Origin: an uncultured Planktomarina sp.
Lineage (GTDB): Bacteria; Pseudomonadota; Alphaproteobacteria; Rhodobacterales; Rhodobacteraceae
DNA length: 64,000 nucleotides
NCBI GenBank assembly: GCA_951542345.1
Contig: CATOCM010000004.1
Span: forward strand, 3,111-67,110
Direction of reading: 5' to 3'
Position 1 is the first letter of the stretch, and the number at the start of each line of letters is the position of its first letter. The translations under genes and the position numbers were made by a program. This document shows, one piece after another, positions 60,821 to 64,000 of this stretch. The notes beneath the pieces were generated by a model. That model made no database searches. It saw nothing but the letters and a program-made list of their open reading frames with translations, and was not told the DNA's origin.

Positions 60821-61624
60821 ATGGAAAACGATGATCTGGTGCATGCAAAAGATGGTGGAATTGAGCGGCTCTTGCATATTATGCGTAGATTGCGTGATCC
60901 GCTCACTGGGTGCCCTTGGGACATAAAACAAACCTTCGCCTCCATTGCGCCATACACCATCGAAGAAGCCTATGAAGTCGCCGACGCCATAGAGCGCGGC
61001 GACATGGCCGAACTCAAGGGCGAACTAGGAGATTTATTGCTGCAAACGGTTTACCACACCGCCATCGGCGAAGAGGATGGGCTATTCACTTTTCACTCTG
61101 TGGCAGATGCGATCAGCGATAAGATGGTAGCACGTCATCCACATGTCTTTGGAGATCAATCCCGTAATAAATCCCCTGAGCAACAAACTATTGATTGGGA
61201 AACCATTAAAGCGGCAGAACGAGCTGTCTCCAATCAAACACGAGCACTGGATGGGGTGGCGCTTGGATTACCAGCGCTAACACGAGCGGTTAAACTCCAA
61301 AAACGCGCTGCAAGAGTGGGTTTTGACTGGCCTAAAATAGACCAGGTTTTGGACAAGGTACGTGAAGAAATACTTGAATTGACAGAGGCCAAAAACCCCA
61401 AACATCAATATGAAGAATTTGGTGATTTAATGTTTGTTATGGCTAATCTTGCGCGGCATATGAATATTGATCCAGAGCAGTCCCTACAGGATGCTAACAA
61501 AAAATTTACACGTCGGTTCAATGGCGTGGAGCAAAAACTTAAAGAGAAAAATACTACGCCATCATATTCAAATCTATTAGAAATGGATGCATTGTGGGAT
61601 GAGGTCAAAAAGGAAGAGAAATAA
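60821..61624 (+). CDS. mazG: Nucleoside triphosphate pyrophosphohydrolase MazG
   Basis: LRDPLTGCPWDIKQTFASIAPYTIEEAYEVADAI and tandem MazG domains (EEFGDLMFVMANLARH); 267 aa. Confidence 0.9.
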   Translation: MENDDLVHAKDGGIERLLHIMRRLRDPLTGCPWDIKQTFASIAPYTIEEAYEVADAIERGDMAELKGELGDLLLQTVYHTAIGEEDGLFTFHSVADAISDKMVARHPHVFGDQSRNKSPEQQTIDWETIKAAERAVSNQTRALDGVALGLPALTRAVKLQKRAARVGFDWPKIDQVLDKVREEILELTEAKNPKHQYEEFGDLMFVMANLARHMNIDPEQSLQDANKKFTRRFNGVEQKLKEKNTTPSYSNLLEMDALWDEVKKEEK

Positions 61625-61626
61625 TC

Positions 61627-61652
61627 TGATTATTTTAGTCAGGTATTGACTA
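61627..61652. promoter_or_regulatory. Candidate iron-responsive operator upstream of the Fe(3+) binding-protein gene
   Basis: TGA-N9-TCA (61627-61641) overlaps the inverted repeat TAGTCA-N5-TGACTA (61636-61652), 50-75 nt upstream of the ATG. The shape recalls RirA/IRO-type boxes of alphaproteobacteria. Confidence 0.3.
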
Positions 61653-61702
61653 TCACTATTTAAATCAATTAATAACTCTTAAAATTTTTTCTGGAGACTA
61701 AC

Positions 61703-62713
61703 ATGAAACCTCATGCTTGCGCCGCCGCTCTGCTTTCATTTTGCATGCTTTCAACACCGACAACCGCTGAGGAGGTTAATGTCTATTCGTATAGGCAACC
61801 ACATTTGATAGCACCACTAACCGACGCATTTACTGAAGCTACTGGCATTATTGTAAACGTTGCCTTTTTAAAAAAAGGTCTAATTGAACGCCTGCGCGCA
61901 GAAGGTAGTAGGTCACCAGCAGACTTGGTCTTCACTGTAGATATTTCTCGGCTATATGCAGTCGTCGAGGCTGGATTAACCCAACCACTGCAGAACAATT
62001 CTATTAACAATAACATTCCATCAGATTTTAGGGATCCCAACGGCCATTGGTTTGGGCTCACAACTCGTGCGCGCATCATTTATGCCTCCAAAGACCGCGT
62101 AGCGCCTGGAGAGATCACTACATATGAAGATTTGGCAAACCCCAAATGGAAAGGACGTATTTGTACGCGATCGGGTACACATCCTTATACTTTGGCGCTA
62201 GCTGCAGCCCATTTATACCATCATAATGAAGCCGATACACTGACTTGGTTAAAAGGTATTAAAAACAATCTAGCGCGAAAGCCTCAGGGGAACGACCGCG
62301 CACAGATCAAAGCTATTTGGTCTGGGGAATGCGATATCTCACTGGGGAATACCTACTATATGGGTAAAATGCTTGCCGATCCGGAACAATCTGCTTGGGC
62401 AAAATCTGCCTCTATTGAATTTCCAATATTTGAAGACGGCGGCACACATGTTAACGTCTCAGGTGTCACACTCACGAAAGCAGCACCAAATAAAGAATTA
62501 GCGATCCAATTAATGGAATTTCTGTCATCCCCCAAAGCTCAAAAAATCTATGCTACAGAGAACTTCGAATATCCAGTTGCCCCAGGTACAAAAGCCGCGC
62601 CGTTGGTACAAAGCTGGGGTGACTTTGAAGCTGATCCAGTCAACCTGACAGAGATTGCTAAACTTCGCGCCACTGCGCTGAAACTAGTAGAAATCTCTAA
62701 TTTTGATGGCTGA
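61703..62713 (+). CDS. Fe(3+) ABC transporter periplasmic binding protein (FbpA/AfuA-like)
   Basis: 336 aa with a signal peptide and VNVYSYRQPHLI. No permease or ATPase gene follows in the window. Confidence 0.82.
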   Translation: MKPHACAAALLSFCMLSTPTTAEEVNVYSYRQPHLIAPLTDAFTEATGIIVNVAFLKKGLIERLRAEGSRSPADLVFTVDISRLYAVVEAGLTQPLQNNSINNNIPSDFRDPNGHWFGLTTRARIIYASKDRVAPGEITTYEDLANPKWKGRICTRSGTHPYTLALAAAHLYHHNEADTLTWLKGIKNNLARKPQGNDRAQIKAIWSGECDISLGNTYYMGKMLADPEQSAWAKSASIEFPIFEDGGTHVNVSGVTLTKAAPNKELAIQLMEFLSSPKAQKIYATENFEYPVAPGTKAAPLVQSWGDFEADPVNLTEIAKLRATALKLVEISNFDG

Positions 62714-62744
62714 TTGAGCAGTTAGTGATCTCAGTCTAAGCGAA

Positions 62745-62778
62745 AAAGAGCGTGAGAAGTATTTCTTCACGCTCTTTT
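62745..62778. terminator. Bidirectional rho-independent terminator between convergent genes
   Basis: AAAGAGCGTGA-loop-TCACGCTCTTT forms an 11-bp stem, flanked by an A-run and a T-run. Confidence 0.7.
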
Positions 62779-62797
62779 CCAAAGTATACACTGGCTT

Positions 62798-63355
62798 TTA
62801 ATCAGTAATAAAAACAGTCTGCATTACGTCAGGTTGGCCATCAATGGCTCCCGAGCTTGGATCGCCAAACTTAAGTACGTCAACGATATCCATGCCCTCG
62901 GTCACGCGTCCAATCACTGTATATTGATTATTAAGAAAATAACCGGGAGCAAACATGATAAAAAATTGACTGTTGGCACTGTCAGGGCTTTGTGAACGCG
63001 CCATACCAACGACCCCGCGGTCAAAGGGGACGTCAGAGAACTCAGCAGGGATATTCGCAAAGTCTGATCCACCCATGCCAGCACGCGACATGTCGCTCTG
63101 ATCCTTACCAAATTGCACGTCTCCCGTTTGTGCCATAAAGCCTTTGATTACGCGGTGAAACACCACACCATCATATGCACCTTTAGCCGCAAGCGCGGTA
63201 ATCTGTGCAGCATGCAAAGGCGCCACATCTTCCAATAGGTCGATCTTGATCGTGCCGTTCACATTCTCGCCTGTCACCTTGATTTCAAGGCCCGCAGAAA
63301 ATGCCGGCCCTGCCATCAATGCCAGAAGGAAAGCGAGCCTACGCATCGGTTGCAA
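62798..63355 (-). CDS. ppiA: Periplasmic cyclophilin-type peptidyl-prolyl isomerase
   Basis: Signal peptide MRRLAFLLALMAGPAFSA, FHRVIKGFMAQTGD and SQFFIMF. Confidence 0.9.
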   Translation of the reverse strand: MQPMRRLAFLLALMAGPAFSAGLEIKVTGENVNGTIKIDLLEDVAPLHAAQITALAAKGAYDGVVFHRVIKGFMAQTGDVQFGKDQSDMSRAGMGGSDFANIPAEFSDVPFDRGVVGMARSQSPDSANSQFFIMFAPGYFLNNQYTVIGRVTEGMDIVDVLKFGDPSSGAIDGQPDVMQTVFITD

Positions 63356-63845
63356 CTTTCATGCTGATCATGCGGTCGGGGTTGGGCGCAGGTTCACCGC
63401 GGGTAATCGCGTCCACATGTTCCATACCAGAGATAACTCGGCCATAGACAGTATACTGGCCATTCAAGAAGTTATTATCAGAGAAGTTGATAAAAAATTG
63501 GCTATTGGCAGAATCAGGGCTTTGCGAACGTGCAGCGCCAATACTGCCACGGTCGTGGGGGAGTTTGGAGAATTCCGCACGTACATTCGGCAGGCTTGAT
63601 GCCCCCGTACCCGCAGAACGCAGATTGAAATTATCTTCCATGTTGCCATGCTGAACATCACCTGTTTGGGCCATGAAGCCGTCAATAACGCGGTGAAACG
63701 CCACATTGTCATATTGTCCAGTACGCACGAGATCCTTCATTCGCTCGCAATGCAGCGGCGCCACGTCGGGCAAAAGTTCGATGGTAACGATACCATCTTT
63801 GAGTTCCATCAATATTGTATTTTCGGGATCTTTAATTTCGGCCAT
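63339..63845 (-). CDS. ppiB: Cytoplasmic cyclophilin-type peptidyl-prolyl isomerase
   Basis: FHRVIDGFMAQTGD and SQFFINF with no signal peptide; 168 aa. Confidence 0.9.
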   Translation of the reverse strand: MAEIKDPENTILMELKDGIVTIELLPDVAPLHCERMKDLVRTGQYDNVAFHRVIDGFMAQTGDVQHGNMEDNFNLRSAGTGASSLPNVRAEFSKLPHDRGSIGAARSQSPDSANSQFFINFSDNNFLNGQYTVYGRVISGMEHVDAITRGEPAPNPDRMISMKVATDA

Positions 63846-64000
63846 TGGGTCGCTCCTTTTGATTTGCAGATCAACTTAATGAGGTTTGCACCAAAGGAAA
63901 AGGCCCAACCGGTTGACCATGACCGCGATATCGGATGTTAACGAGGCAATAAATGCAGGAGCAAGACGATGGAATGGAAAACACTGGACGAGATGGATCT

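Noticed and set aside
63846-64000. Possible start of a plus-strand gene (ATG near 63979, MEWKTLDEMD...)
   Set aside because: Fewer than 10 codons are visible before the window ends, so it cannot be supported.
1-64000. CRISPR arrays, IS elements, transposases, toxin-antitoxin pairs or known defence systems
   Set aside because: I looked through all intergenic regions and the ORF translations. I saw no spaced direct repeats, no DDE, serine or tyrosine recombinases, and no nuclease, helicase or methylase defence-type genes.

Overview
This is a 64-kb chromosomal segment that looks like a marine alphaproteobacterium (Rhodobacterales/SAR116-like gene order, moderate GC by eye). I saw no rRNA, CRISPR array, transposase, integrase or phage genes. 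Most of the window is housekeeping. It holds the 3' end of cysI with a DUF934 gene and fpr, then infC (non-AUG start) and gcdH. The TCA block sucC-sucD-sucA-sucB-lpdA follows, with a convergent GntR regulator, then tRNA-Ala(GGC), glpK, rlmE and ppx. After a metF-like/pterin-methyltransferase module come ndk, an ABC-F ATPase, holC-pepA, lptF-lptG-lptD-surA-pdxA-rsmA, prfA-prmC, mazG, an Fe(3+) binding protein and two cyclophilins. The accessory-looking part lies at about 21.7-41 kb. It contains an HpcH aldolase, glucokinase, a decayed ycaQ pseudogene, a sugar-acid cluster (SDR, IlvD/Edd dehydratase, FAH hydrolase, orphan IolB/KduI-like isomerase) and the main find. The main find is an 8-gene minus-strand operon (24763-35334) encoding a form-II CODH-like molybdo-hydroxylase set, coxG-S-L-M plus coxD-coxE-xdhC. 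Its last gene is coupled by an ATGA overlap and encodes a 1066-aa self-sufficient reductive dehalogenase: a cobalamin/2x[4Fe-4S] RdhA fused to a phthalate-dioxygenase-reductase-like FMN/NAD/[2Fe-2S] module. Other signals are a perfect palindrome TGTGATCACA present twice upstream of sucC and once at the GntR gene start, a SucB with two lipoyl domains, and a tandem ureohydrolase pair coupled to an M20 amidohydrolase. There is also a recurrent intergenic 10-11-mer. All functional calls rest on my reading of the translated ORFs and motifs; no database search was run.
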